From positions 1 to 35,261 of IMG/VR virus record IMGVR_UViG_3300032257_000070: 35,261 nt of DNA. One strand, written 5' to 3'. This document shows positions 8,308 to 18,141 of the stretch, piece after piece. How positions within the stretch are numbered: position 1 is the first letter of the stretch; each line of letters begins with the position of its first letter. Made by a program: the position numbers and the translations under genes. This stretch comes from a virus (taxonomy: Duplodnaviria; Caudoviricetes). Below the pieces are notes generated by a model. That model saw only the letters and a program-made list of their open reading frames with translations, had not been told where the DNA came from and ran no database searches.

Positions 8308-9199
8308 CACCGAAAATACGGATAACACCGCCGAACATCGGGAAACAGCGTCGAACTGGCACGATATGCTAAACGATGATTTTAAGTCTGATAGCAAGAT
8401 TGCAGGCTTTGAGACAGTCAATGACATGGCTGAGAGCTACAAAGGCCTTGAACGTATGCTTGGCTCACGTATCCCGATCCCTACTGAGGACGCGGGAGAA
8501 GAAAAGATCAAGGAGTTTAATGAAAAGATTGGACAAGTCCCAGGAGTGTTTCAGATACCGGCCCCTGACGATGAGGTTGGCATGGAGGAAATGTTTAGAA
8601 AGCTTGGCCGTCCAGAATCAGCGTCTGAATATAAAGTGTCAAGACCGGAAGAAATGCCGGAAGGTCTGGCCTATAATGAGGAGTCAGAAAAGTGGTTCCT
8701 TGACGTAGCGCATAAAATAGGCTTAAATAATAGTCAAGCTCAGGAAGTATTAGGCGGTTATAATCAAATGGTTATCGACGGCTTTAATCAACGGAAAGAG
8801 CAGACAGCACAGGCGGAGGCTGAAATCCGCAAAGAATGGGGCGCTGATACTGATCGACGGATTGCAGCGGCTCAAAAGCTTGTCGAAGCCATAGGCGGAG
8901 AACAGGCGTGGCAAGAGCTGGAACAATCAGGCGTAGGTAATAACCTTGTTATGGTTAAGCTCTTATCAGACATTGGTATGCAGACACTGGAAGATTCCGT
9001 CATTAATGGCGAGAATAATACACCTGCGGAAACCAATGACGAATTAAATGCCAAGATGGGCGAACTAATGGCCAATCCTGCATATATGGACAACATGAAC
9101 CCGAACCATAAGGCTGTTGTTCAGAAAGTGTATGATATCCAGAACAAGCTCAACAAGGCGCAATCATCAACATTTAACGATGGTGGTGTAACAGTATAG
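8261..9199 (+). CDS. capsid scaffolding protein
   Basis: acidic; 'KLGRPE...EY', 'EWG', 'NPAY...HKAVV' patterns; immediately upstream of the MCP. Confidence 0.85.
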   Translation: MSDQATDQSQTDSQISTENTDNTAEHRETASNWHDMLNDDFKSDSKIAGFETVNDMAESYKGLERMLGSRIPIPTEDAGEEKIKEFNEKIGQVPGVFQIPAPDDEVGMEEMFRKLGRPESASEYKVSRPEEMPEGLAYNEESEKWFLDVAHKIGLNNSQAQEVLGGYNQMVIDGFNQRKEQTAQAEAEIRKEWGADTDRRIAAAQKLVEAIGGEQAWQELEQSGVGNNLVMVKLLSDIGMQTLEDSVINGENNTPAETNDELNAKMGELMANPAYMDNMNPNHKAVVQKVYDIQNKLNKAQSSTFNDGGVTV

Positions 9200-9326
9200 C
9201 GGATACCCTACTCAGGCCCGCGACAGGCGACCAGGAGAGACTGGTAACTGGACTCTTGTAGTCAAGTAAAAGCCCGAAAGGATACCTTTTGCGTAACGGT
9301 GCAGCGAAAGCTGTGTTTTTTAACGC
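9199..9326 (+). promoter_or_regulatory. structured intergenic leader of major capsid gene
   Basis: five adjacent hairpins, two sharing the same GG-ATAC-C / G-C-CC internal loop, the last followed by a U tract. Confidence 0.6.
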
Positions 9327-9345
9327 TTATTAAAAGGTATTCGAT

Positions 9346-10206
9346 ATGTCAACTCAAATTGATGTAGCTCGCGTCCAACAATACAAGCAAAACGTCATCA
9401 TGCTATCACAGCAAAGAGGCTCACGCCTTGCGCCTACGGTACGCGTTGATGGTGATGTAATTGGTAAACGATGCTACTTTGACCGTATCGGCTCGACTGA
9501 GGCGCAACAAATGACCTCACGTCATGCAGATACTCCACTAATGAACACTCCACATTCCAGACGTTCAGTCCCTATGACTGATTACAACTGGGCTGATCTT
9601 GTGGATAACGTTGATAAGTTAAAGCTTATTAATGACCCTACAAACCCTTATGCAGTAAATGCTATGTGGGCCTTTGGCCGTACTAAAGATGACGTTATTA
9701 TTAGCGCCCTCGGTGGTTCTGCTGAAACTGGCGAAGCTGGTGCAGGCTCTCAAGCCTTGCCATCAGGTCAAATCATTGCCCACGGTTCAGCGGATTTATC
9801 ATTGGCTAAGCTGATTACAGCTAAGAAAATGTTAATGGCGGCTGAGGTTGATGATATGGTTCCTCTGAACATTGTATGTTCTGCCGAGCAGATTGATGCT
9901 CTATTGAACGATACCACTATTACCAGTGCTGACTACAACTCAGTCAAAGCATTAGTAAAAGGTGATATTGATACATTCATGGGCTTCAACTTCATCCGAT
10001 CTGAGCGTTTAGTACATGATGGCACTAGCCGTGAATGTTATGCATACGCGCAAACTGCTGTTGGTCTTGCTTTACCGCAAGACATTACAGTTGATGTGGG
10101 CCCTCGTAGAGATAAAAATAACTCTATGCAGGTGTATGTTGAAATGAGCCTCGGCGCTGTTCGTCTTGAAGATGAGCAAGTGGTCCAGATTCTTTGCAAC
10201 GAATAA
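9346..10206 (+). CDS. major capsid protein
   Basis: 'LSQQRGSRL', 'SADY..VKALVKGDIDTFMGFNFI', 'GAVRLEDEQVV' typical of BPP-1/N4-like MCPs; gene position. Confidence 0.92.
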   Translation: MSTQIDVARVQQYKQNVIMLSQQRGSRLAPTVRVDGDVIGKRCYFDRIGSTEAQQMTSRHADTPLMNTPHSRRSVPMTDYNWADLVDNVDKLKLINDPTNPYAVNAMWAFGRTKDDVIISALGGSAETGEAGAGSQALPSGQIIAHGSADLSLAKLITAKKMLMAAEVDDMVPLNIVCSAEQIDALLNDTTITSADYNSVKALVKGDIDTFMGFNFIRSERLVHDGTSRECYAYAQTAVGLALPQDITVDVGPRRDKNNSMQVYVEMSLGAVRLEDEQVVQILCNE

Positions 10207-10227
10207 TTAATTTAAGAGGACGCTATT

Positions 10228-10716
10228 ATGGCTGTTACTACTCAAGAGAGTGTTGAATACGCAAAAGCATACTCGACTACTCCACCAACAAAGCTAAAGC
10301 CTGACGAGCTTCATGGTCGGCTGCGTATTGCGCGGTTTGTTCATGATCAATCTGGCGCTGGCGATGCTACATCTGATGTAGCTGCGGTAAAGCTACCACC
10401 TGGCCGCGTTACTGTTCTGGGCTTACTGTCTAGTGTTTATGTGAACTGGACTACTGCATCGGCAACGATGGACGTAGGCTGGGACGCTTATACTGACTTT
10501 GACGGCACTGCGGTTGCTGCTGATCCTAACGGGTTGGATGATGGCACTGATGTTGATACTGCTGGTGTTCAAAACATCGGTTCAGTATTAGCAACTGCTG
10601 GCAACGTTAAGACTTTCGAGTCTAAAGATGGCGTAGTTATCCGATTCACTTCCCAGGATACAGCAATCGTGGATGGTGATGATTTATCTGGTTACATTGT
10701 TTATGTAATCGACTAA
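10228..10716 (+). CDS. capsid decoration/cement protein
   Basis: follows MCP with AGAGGA SD and precedes a terminator; beta-rich composition. Confidence 0.7.
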   Translation: MAVTTQESVEYAKAYSTTPPTKLKPDELHGRLRIARFVHDQSGAGDATSDVAAVKLPPGRVTVLGLLSSVYVNWTTASATMDVGWDAYTDFDGTAVAADPNGLDDGTDVDTAGVQNIGSVLATAGNVKTFESKDGVVIRFTSQDTAIVDGDDLSGYIVYVID

Positions 10717-10726
10717 TCCCTTGATT

Positions 10727-10754
10727 CCCGGCGGCTAACGCTGCCGGGCCTTTT
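10727..10754 (+). terminator. rho-independent terminator after capsid genes
   Basis: CCCGGCGGC-TAAC-GCTGCCGGG then CCTTTT. Confidence 0.8.
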
Positions 10755-10763
10755 GGAGCTAAA

Positions 10764-11360
10764 ATGGCTGAAACCTCAGAAGTTGCTATCTGCAATAGTG
10801 CATTAGGGCTATTGAAAGAAGATGCAATAATTAATCTGACAGACGATAACATCAGAGCCAAGAACTGTAATAAATTCTATGCACGGGAGCGTGATGCTCT
10901 TCTGCGTGTTTACCCTGCTAATTTCTCTACAACCAGGGCAGTATTAAATCAGTCTACAAATACCCCGGCATGGGGATTCTCTTATGCTTACCCATTACCA
11001 TCAGATTATATTCGGTTCATTGAAATGCAGGACGGTAATATATACGCCCATAAGATCGAATGGGTGGTTGATGCGCTCTGCTTGGTCACAGATGCCTCAA
11101 CGGTCAAGATTAAATATACCCGAGCGGTAACAGATGTTAACTCGATGGATGAATTATTCAAGCGATGGCTAGGGCATAGGATGGCAACATTAATGGCTTA
11201 CCCTATAACAGGCAAGAGAAGCCTTGCAATGCTAATGAAAGAGCTTGAGGAAGAAGTGGAAATGGAGGCTATGAACGTGGACTCACAGGAAGGAACCAGC
11301 GACACTACCGAAACTGATGATTATATCAATGTCCGTCATGGCTCAAGCTGGGCGTGGTAA
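10764..11360 (+). CDS. tail adaptor (tail tubular protein A-like)
   Basis: 'SEVAICNSALGLL', 'WGFSYAYPLPSDYIR' motifs; gene position. Confidence 0.88.
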   Translation: MAETSEVAICNSALGLLKEDAIINLTDDNIRAKNCNKFYARERDALLRVYPANFSTTRAVLNQSTNTPAWGFSYAYPLPSDYIRFIEMQDGNIYAHKIEWVVDALCLVTDASTVKIKYTRAVTDVNSMDELFKRWLGHRMATLMAYPITGKRSLAMLMKELEEEVEMEAMNVDSQEGTSDTTETDDYINVRHGSSWAW

Positions 11361-13529
11361 ATGGCCCGCGCTTCCCACATACAAACCAACTTTACCGCGG
11401 GAGAATTAAGTCCGCGCTTACTTGCTCGTATAGATATTTCAAAGTATTTCAACGGATTAAAGACCTGTAAGAATTTCAAGATTAAACCTCATGGCGGTGC
11501 TTTTCGGCGTGAGGGAACTGTACACGTCACAGAGGTTAGTGACAGCACTAAAAAGATCAGGTTAATTCCTTTTGAGTTTTCAACAACTCAGGCCTATGTG
11601 CTGGAATTTGGTGAAAAGTATATTAGATTTTTCAGGGATAACGGCCAGATAACCGACTCTAAAACGATCACAGGCGCTACACAGGCTAATCCTTGTGTGG
11701 TCACAGCGGTTGGTCATGGATACCTGAACGGCGATGAGATCACTATATCCGGCGTTGTGGGCATGACTGAATTGAACGGGAATACTTATACTATTGCTAA
11801 TGTCAGTGATGATACGTTTGAACTATCAGGAACAGATTCAACTGCTTACACGGCTTATAGCTCCGCTGGAACAGCCGTTGGGCCTTATTCCATAATAACC
11901 CCTTATACTGAGCAAGAGCTATTCAGCATACAGTTTGCACAATCTGCTGACGTTATGTGGTTGGTGCATCGGGATATTAAGCCTCAAAAGCTATCAAGAA
12001 CAGGCCACACTTCATGGTCTATGGATTTCTACGCGCCGACTGCTGATAAATTCCCAGGCACTTCCCAGAATATCACAGGCATAACGGCTGCTAATCCTGC
12101 GGTGGTAACGATTGCGGGACATAATTATTCTGATGGTCAGAGAGTCTCGTTAGCATCCATTGGTGGCATGACAGAGCTAAACGGGAAAACCTATACAATA
12201 GCCAATACAACAACCAATACATTCGAGCTTGAAAGCATTGATTCAACCGGATATACAGCCTATACATCAGGCGGCACATCGTCTGTGGTGAATAATGACG
12301 CTCCAGGGTGTGTGACATTCTACGAACAACGACTTTGTTTCGCCAGATCAACCGATGAGCCACACAAGTTCTGGATGTCAAAGTCTGCTGATTACGAGGA
12401 TTTAACGACAGGAACGGCTGACGATGACGCTTTAGAGTACACAATTGCATCAGGTAAAGTGAACGCAATTACATGGATGACAGGCTCAGAGGATTTATTA
12501 ATTGGCACATCTGGTTCAGAACACAGGGTATCAAGTTCCGACACTGGGCCGGTAACTCCCACGAACATACGCGTAAAGCGTCAAACTACGCACAAATGCG
12601 CCTTTCTCCAGCCTGTGCAAATTGACAATACTGTTGTTTATTTACAGCGTGCATTGAAGAAGATTAGAGAACTCTCATATAGATTTGAAACTAACACGTA
12701 TTCGTCTGTTGATTTAACAATCCTGTCAGAACATATTACAGGTACGGGAATCACGGAAATGGATTACCAACAAGAACCCGACTCTACCCTGTGGGCTGTA
12801 AAGACTGACGGCGGTTTGATCGGGTTAACCTATGAAAAACCACAAGAGGTCATTGCCTGGCATGATCATGCCATCGGCGGCGATGGTTTTGTGGAATCAG
12901 TCGCGGTAATCCCTGCGGCTGACCATGATCAGATATGGTTATCTATTAAATATACCATTAATGGTTCTACTGTTCGCTATATTGAATACTTTCACTCAGG
13001 CATCTGGACTGATGTAGAAGATGCTTTTTATGTTGATTCTGGCCTGACCTATAGCGGCTCTGCTGTAAGAACAGTTTCAGGACTTGATCACCTGGAAGGC
13101 GAGACTGTGCAGGTCTTGGCTGATGGTGCGCGTTATCCTGATGCAGTGGTTACAAGCGGGGCAATCACCTATTCAACCGATTATGAGACTTTCACAAAGG
13201 CACAGATTGGGCTTGGATATGAATCTAAAATAGTGACTCTTGAGCCGGAAGCCGGAAACCCTATGGGAACCGCTCAGGGCAAGACAAAGAGCTGGGGCCG
13301 TATTAAACTTAGACGGTATAATACTATTGGCGGCGAGATTAACGGCACTGAACTCGATGTTCGTGATGAGGATGATTTAATGGGGTCAGGGCCAGCGTTG
13401 GAAACAGGTGATTTGTCCGTATCAGATTTAGGTCATTCTTCTGATGCACCGATTGAATATGTACAGAATTCCCCCTTTCCTGCGACTATACTTGGATTAT
13501 TTGGAGATTTAAACGTGGGCGATGACTAA
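11361..13529 (+). CDS. tail nozzle (tail tubular protein B-like) with two inserted repeat domains
   Basis: 'QTNFTAGELSPRLLAR', 'QSADV', 'FYEQRL', 'EVIAWH', 'GLDHLEGETV' motifs. Confidence 0.9.
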   Translation: MARASHIQTNFTAGELSPRLLARIDISKYFNGLKTCKNFKIKPHGGAFRREGTVHVTEVSDSTKKIRLIPFEFSTTQAYVLEFGEKYIRFFRDNGQITDSKTITGATQANPCVVTAVGHGYLNGDEITISGVVGMTELNGNTYTIANVSDDTFELSGTDSTAYTAYSSAGTAVGPYSIITPYTEQELFSIQFAQSADVMWLVHRDIKPQKLSRTGHTSWSMDFYAPTADKFPGTSQNITGITAANPAVVTIAGHNYSDGQRVSLASIGGMTELNGKTYTIANTTTNTFELESIDSTGYTAYTSGGTSSVVNNDAPGCVTFYEQRLCFARSTDEPHKFWMSKSADYEDLTTGTADDDALEYTIASGKVNAITWMTGSEDLLIGTSGSEHRVSSSDTGPVTPTNIRVKRQTTHKCAFLQPVQIDNTVVYLQRALKKIRELSYRFETNTYSSVDLTILSEHITGTGITEMDYQQEPDSTLWAVKTDGGLIGLTYEKPQEVIAWHDHAIGGDGFVESVAVIPAADHDQIWLSIKYTINGSTVRYIEYFHSGIWTDVEDAFYVDSGLTYSGSAVRTVSGLDHLEGETVQVLADGARYPDAVVTSGAITYSTDYETFTKAQIGLGYESKIVTLEPEAGNPMGTAQGKTKSWGRIKLRRYNTIGGEINGTELDVRDEDDLMGSGPALETGDLSVSDLGHSSDAPIEYVQNSPFPATILGLFGDLNVGDD

Positions 13530-13974
13530 CTTAATATTACCGTTTCACCCAAGCCACATGGCAGGGTTGAAGCCATTGAGGAAAGAGGACGTTGACAGTT
13601 TGGGTGGAGTTGATCCAGATCAATTTATTAGGGCTTACTACCGATCTGGGCCGTCATATAGTTATTTTGTAGGACACCAGATTATTGCGGTGATTGGAAT
13701 GATTAAGATGTGGCATGGTGTGGGTGAGGTCTGGATGCTAACCACTGACCATGTTAATGATAACATTAGTTTTTTTCATCGAGAAACACTAAAATTGATG
13801 GTGAAAACACGAAAAGAATTAAATTTACACCGGATACAATGCACAGTCCATGAGCGAAACAAACGGGCTATTCGGTGGATGCTTAAGCTAGGCTTTACAT
13901 GGGAGGCAACTCACAAGATGTATGGCCCTGACAAATTAGATCACTTGAGGTTTGCGAGATTATGGCAGCACTAG
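13522..13974 (+). CDS. GNAT-fold protein (T7 gp13-like position)
   Basis: 'GVGEVWML', 'VHERNKRAIRWMLKLGF'. Confidence 0.75.
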   Translation: MTNLILPFHPSHMAGLKPLRKEDVDSLGGVDPDQFIRAYYRSGPSYSYFVGHQIIAVIGMIKMWHGVGEVWMLTTDHVNDNISFFHRETLKLMVKTRKELNLHRIQCTVHERNKRAIRWMLKLGFTWEATHKMYGPDKLDHLRFARLWQH

Positions 13975-14414
13975 CGGGAATGGGACAACAGATTGAAACA
14001 GCCGGGACATTGTTCACCGGCATTTCCGCTTATCAGGAAGGTAGGCGGCAGGCTGCTATTCAAGAAGAAAACATCAAGCTGACGCAGCAGGCCCGCGAGG
14101 ATAAGACCCGAGAGTCAAGGAGGCTCACAAGTCGGTCAGTATCTACCGCACGAGCTAGGCTTGCTGCATCTGGAGTGACTATTGACGATGATTCGGAAAG
14201 CCCGTTAGCGGTTATGGAAGAAATACTTCGTCTTGGTGAGGAGGATATTATTGCTATTGGCCGAACTGCTGACACTCAGGAACGATCAGCGCGACTCAAG
14301 GCACAATCAGCCCTTGCAAAAGGTGGGGCAAAACTTATGTCGAGCTTTTTCAGCGCAGGCTCTACCCTTTTAACGCGGTCACACGCCAAGAAAAAGGGGA
14401 TTAGAATCAAATGA
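13962..14414 (+). CDS. internal virion/ejection protein (small)
   Basis: 'ARARLAASGV...SPLAV' pattern; gene position. Confidence 0.75.
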   Translation: MAALAGMGQQIETAGTLFTGISAYQEGRRQAAIQEENIKLTQQAREDKTRESRRLTSRSVSTARARLAASGVTIDDDSESPLAVMEEILRLGEEDIIAIGRTADTQERSARLKAQSALAKGGAKLMSSFFSAGSTLLTRSHAKKKGIRIK

Positions 14415-16540
14415 AAATAACCATTCCAGGTCGAAAGGTCTTGCAATCTGGCGGGCAATTAGCAGCTCCCGAGCTTGGCACTGAGGTTATTGGCAAGACA
14501 ATGGCTCAGGCTGGTAAAAACCTTGTTGCAATCGACAATGCGTTTAATGAGAAAATGCGACTTGCTCAGGTAGCATCAGACGTGTCTGAACGGTTCACAA
14601 GTGCGGTGAAGGAATACACCACCTGGAGCAGCGAAATTACCAAGACTCCAGATTCATACGCTTCCTTTGTCCCATCTTTTGAGCAAAAGCGAAAAGAGCT
14701 GAGAACCAAGTATTTTAAGGACGTAACCGATCAGGATACCAAAACCCAATTAGATTTAAGGTTGAAATCATTCTTTCTGAATGCGCACTCAAACATGACC
14801 AGCACGGCTCGAAAGAGTCAATTATTTGTACTAAAGCAAAAAGCAGAATTAGATCAAAATCGAATGGCAGAGCTTGCTATTGACGCTAAAGATGAAAACC
14901 ACCTTAAACAAATAATGAATGATCACAATGAAAATATAAAGGCTTTAGTCAAGGCAGGCGTTTACTCTGTTCCAGGTGGTCAGTCTGCACAGCGATCATT
15001 CAATACTCACGTTCAAGTCGGACGCGTAACCCGCATGATACAGAATAATCCTGTTGGTGCTGAGGCGATGCTGAAAAAGAATAAGAAAATTCCGGGCATT
15101 GAACCTGCAAAGCATATCCAGCTTACAAGGCTTGCACGTTCACAAGCAGCTCAAGCACGGGCTGCAACAGTGGTGCGAGATACTCAATTATTGAATTCTA
15201 ATATTAGCTCAATACAGCATACTGGAGTACCTGTTCAGGGTGCAGATGTAGCGGCTAATAGCCTATCAAAATCACAAAGAAAATCTTATGATCTTAAATT
15301 AAAGACAGCACAACAATGGTATGACGATAACAAGATATTACAGTCAGGCGATATTGCAACTACTAATCAATTGATTAAGGATCGAACGCCAAAAGCAGGT
15401 GATCCACAGCATGCTAATAAATCAAAGTATGTGGCGCAATTATCGACTCAGGCTATTAAGTTACAGAAAGAAGCTCGCGATGATCCGGCAAAATTCTACG
15501 CTAATCATCCATTAGTTAAAAGGTCTGAAACACCAGGAAGCTTGGCCCAGCCATTCTCAGGAACCGAGGGTGGGCCTCCTGTTGACTCAACCGCACGAGA
15601 TAATGCACTTTTGACCGTGCAGGCTATCAATGGAATCAAAGCAAACAAGACCAGCTTATTATCTAAAGATCAGTCCCTTGCGATGGTTAATTCATTTAAT
15701 AATCTGAAAGCAGATCAGAAAACAGCATACTTTACCGCTCTGAAAGAGAAATACGGTGATAACTACAGTGTTGTATTCCGTGATCTTGTGAAACATGGAA
15801 AGTTACCTGTTGAGGCTCAATTATTCGGCCTATATGCAAACCTAAATACAGGGACAAGGCTCGCGCCTATTTTGGCTAATACGTTGGCTCAAAGTAAAGA
15901 AGATCAAGCGAAGGCGAAAAAAGAACTCTCGCCTATTATGAAAAAATCAATCAATGCAGAAGTTGACAGTCAGATGGAAAGATATCGGTCAACCATTGCC
16001 GGTGTTGATGCTTTTGGGGCAATGTCAACAAATTATCAGAATGTTAAAGCAGCTATGACAAAAATGGTCACATTCCAAGTAGCTCGTGGTGCTGGTGATC
16101 CTTCTACTGTAGCAAGTAATATAATCAGAGGAACTTTCAATAAAGACGATGGGGGTGCTTATAGCTATGTAACTGGGTGGGTATCAGCAGCAGGTTTACC
16201 AGGAAAGCCCGTTTTTGATACTGGCTCAGGAGATATTACAATCAGCGCAAATGTTAGGATTCCAGCGCAGTTTGACCGCGTTGAGATAATGAAACGAATG
16301 GCGATTAATTCAAGAACTCATTTAATCAAAAAGTTTAATCCAGTGGTGCCAGATCAGGTACGAAAAAATTTCAAGAATGATAAAGAGGCTTTCAGATTTT
16401 ATGCGGAAGCAGTGCAAAAGCGTGGTATATGGGTGACTAAACCTGATGATACAGGTGTTTGGCTAATGGATAATCGAAAGGGATTTGTTTTAAACAAGGC
16501 AGGTGAAAGGTACGGTTTTGATTTTAAGGAATCTAAATAA
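14411..16540 (+). CDS. internal virion/ejection protein
   Basis: 709 aa, helical composition, position in ejection module; no lytic transglycosylase motif recognised. Confidence 0.7.
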   Translation: MKITIPGRKVLQSGGQLAAPELGTEVIGKTMAQAGKNLVAIDNAFNEKMRLAQVASDVSERFTSAVKEYTTWSSEITKTPDSYASFVPSFEQKRKELRTKYFKDVTDQDTKTQLDLRLKSFFLNAHSNMTSTARKSQLFVLKQKAELDQNRMAELAIDAKDENHLKQIMNDHNENIKALVKAGVYSVPGGQSAQRSFNTHVQVGRVTRMIQNNPVGAEAMLKKNKKIPGIEPAKHIQLTRLARSQAAQARAATVVRDTQLLNSNISSIQHTGVPVQGADVAANSLSKSQRKSYDLKLKTAQQWYDDNKILQSGDIATTNQLIKDRTPKAGDPQHANKSKYVAQLSTQAIKLQKEARDDPAKFYANHPLVKRSETPGSLAQPFSGTEGGPPVDSTARDNALLTVQAINGIKANKTSLLSKDQSLAMVNSFNNLKADQKTAYFTALKEKYGDNYSVVFRDLVKHGKLPVEAQLFGLYANLNTGTRLAPILANTLAQSKEDQAKAKKELSPIMKKSINAEVDSQMERYRSTIAGVDAFGAMSTNYQNVKAAMTKMVTFQVARGAGDPSTVASNIIRGTFNKDDGGAYSYVTGWVSAAGLPGKPVFDTGSGDITISANVRIPAQFDRVEIMKRMAINSRTHLIKKFNPVVPDQVRKNFKNDKEAFRFYAEAVQKRGIWVTKPDDTGVWLMDNRKGFVLNKAGERYGFDFKESK

Positions 16541-18141
16541 TGTTAATTTACCCTGAAATAGAAACAAATCAATCATTCCAACAATCAGGCATAGGGTTTG
16601 AGGGTACATGGGGTCAATCCGCTGCTGCATCTTTTCAAGAGGCTATAACTTACAATCCGCTATCCTCTTACAATAGAATGCACGAGCTTGAATATCGTAA
16701 ATTTCTCGATCCATCACCTCACATGACTCAAAAGGAATGGAAGGAATCAGAGCATTTTAGAGAGGGTTTGAGTTTTCCAGAGGGTGTAAAGCAGAATGTT
16801 GCCAAGCTGATCGCCGAACGAAAAGACGATGAGAACCAAAGAAGGTTTGTGATTAACTCAGGGCCGAAAGGGTTTACATCTAAAGCCGGACTTTTTGGAG
16901 TGCAAATTGTTGCAGCAATACTTGACCCGGTTAATACAGCGGCGGCATTTATCCCCGTATTACGTGAGGCACGATTTGCCAAGTTAGTTGCATCTATTGG
17001 GCTCACTAAGGCTAGATTTGTAAAAGGCGGGGTTGAGGGTGCAATCGGTGCGGCAGTTGTTGAACCTGTTGTATTAGCAGCGGCTCACCAGGAGCAGGCC
17101 GATTATGGCATGACAGATTCACTTTATGCCCTTGGATTTGGCTCAGTATTTGGCGCAGGACTTCACGCTGGCGCTGGTAAGATCGGCGATATCATGCGGA
17201 AGTATTCTGATGTTGTGGATGAGCCAGCGTACAGGGCGGCAACAGCGGCAGCTATCGAAGGAAAACCTGCTAAGGTTGACGGCCTTTATAGAATAGCGGA
17301 AATACCAGAAACAAAACTTGCCCGTGATGTAGAGTTGGAATTTGACAAGTTACATGGCAAGGAGCCTGTAGTATCTAGATCACAAGAACAATTAAAACTT
17401 GATTCTGTTGATATAAACGCTCGTATTACCAAGGCAGAGGCTAAGGTATTGGAGGCAACAAGTGCGCGTGTTAAGAAGCAGCGTCAAAAACAAGTTGATG
17501 AATTAAAGACTGAAAAGAAATCAGTTGATTCTCGCATTGAAGAAATAGACACAAAACTAAAGGAAATTAAAAAGCTTGATGAGAAGATCAAGCGCGAGAA
17601 TGATAAAAAACCAACCAGCAAAAAAGGCAAGGAAGCAAAAGCGAAACGCATTGAAAAGCTGGAATCAGAGCAAGCTAAATTAAAATCAGAGATTGAACCA
17701 AAGCCTGTCAGTACAGTACGTCAAACTGTAAGGGACGTACTTCGAGAACGTGACGAATACGCAAGGGTTGGTGATACAGATACAGCTCAACGATTAGACA
17801 TGGAAGCACAAGACATCATAGCAGGTGAGCGCGGGTTCCCTCGATTTGAATCTGATGAGGCAGCGGTCAGGGATGCAGAAGTGCAGGCTGACCCTAAATC
17901 TGACTCAATGTATGACGAAAGGAACATTCAAGAGCTTGACGATATAGCAAAACGTCAAGATAATGACAGGACTGTGGACTCTGAACTGGAAGAATTAGAC
18001 AGTATTGTTATGGCTGTACGTGACGCTGATATGGTCGATGAGGCAAGTATTAAGGCCTACAATGATGCAGATCAATTAATTAAACAGGCAGAACAAACTG
18101 ATGGAATAATGAAAGCAATTGCAATGTGCGCGGTGAGATAA
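16540..18141 (+). CDS. internal virion/ejection protein
   Basis: 'DPVNTAAAFIP', glycine-rich hydrophobic segment, 'EQADY', then charged coiled coil. Confidence 0.75.
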   Translation: MLIYPEIETNQSFQQSGIGFEGTWGQSAAASFQEAITYNPLSSYNRMHELEYRKFLDPSPHMTQKEWKESEHFREGLSFPEGVKQNVAKLIAERKDDENQRRFVINSGPKGFTSKAGLFGVQIVAAILDPVNTAAAFIPVLREARFAKLVASIGLTKARFVKGGVEGAIGAAVVEPVVLAAAHQEQADYGMTDSLYALGFGSVFGAGLHAGAGKIGDIMRKYSDVVDEPAYRAATAAAIEGKPAKVDGLYRIAEIPETKLARDVELEFDKLHGKEPVVSRSQEQLKLDSVDINARITKAEAKVLEATSARVKKQRQKQVDELKTEKKSVDSRIEEIDTKLKEIKKLDEKIKRENDKKPTSKKGKEAKAKRIEKLESEQAKLKSEIEPKPVSTVRQTVRDVLRERDEYARVGDTDTAQRLDMEAQDIIAGERGFPRFESDEAAVRDAEVQADPKSDSMYDERNIQELDDIAKRQDNDRTVDSELEELDSIVMAVRDADMVDEASIKAYNDADQLIKQAEQTDGIMKAIAMCAVR

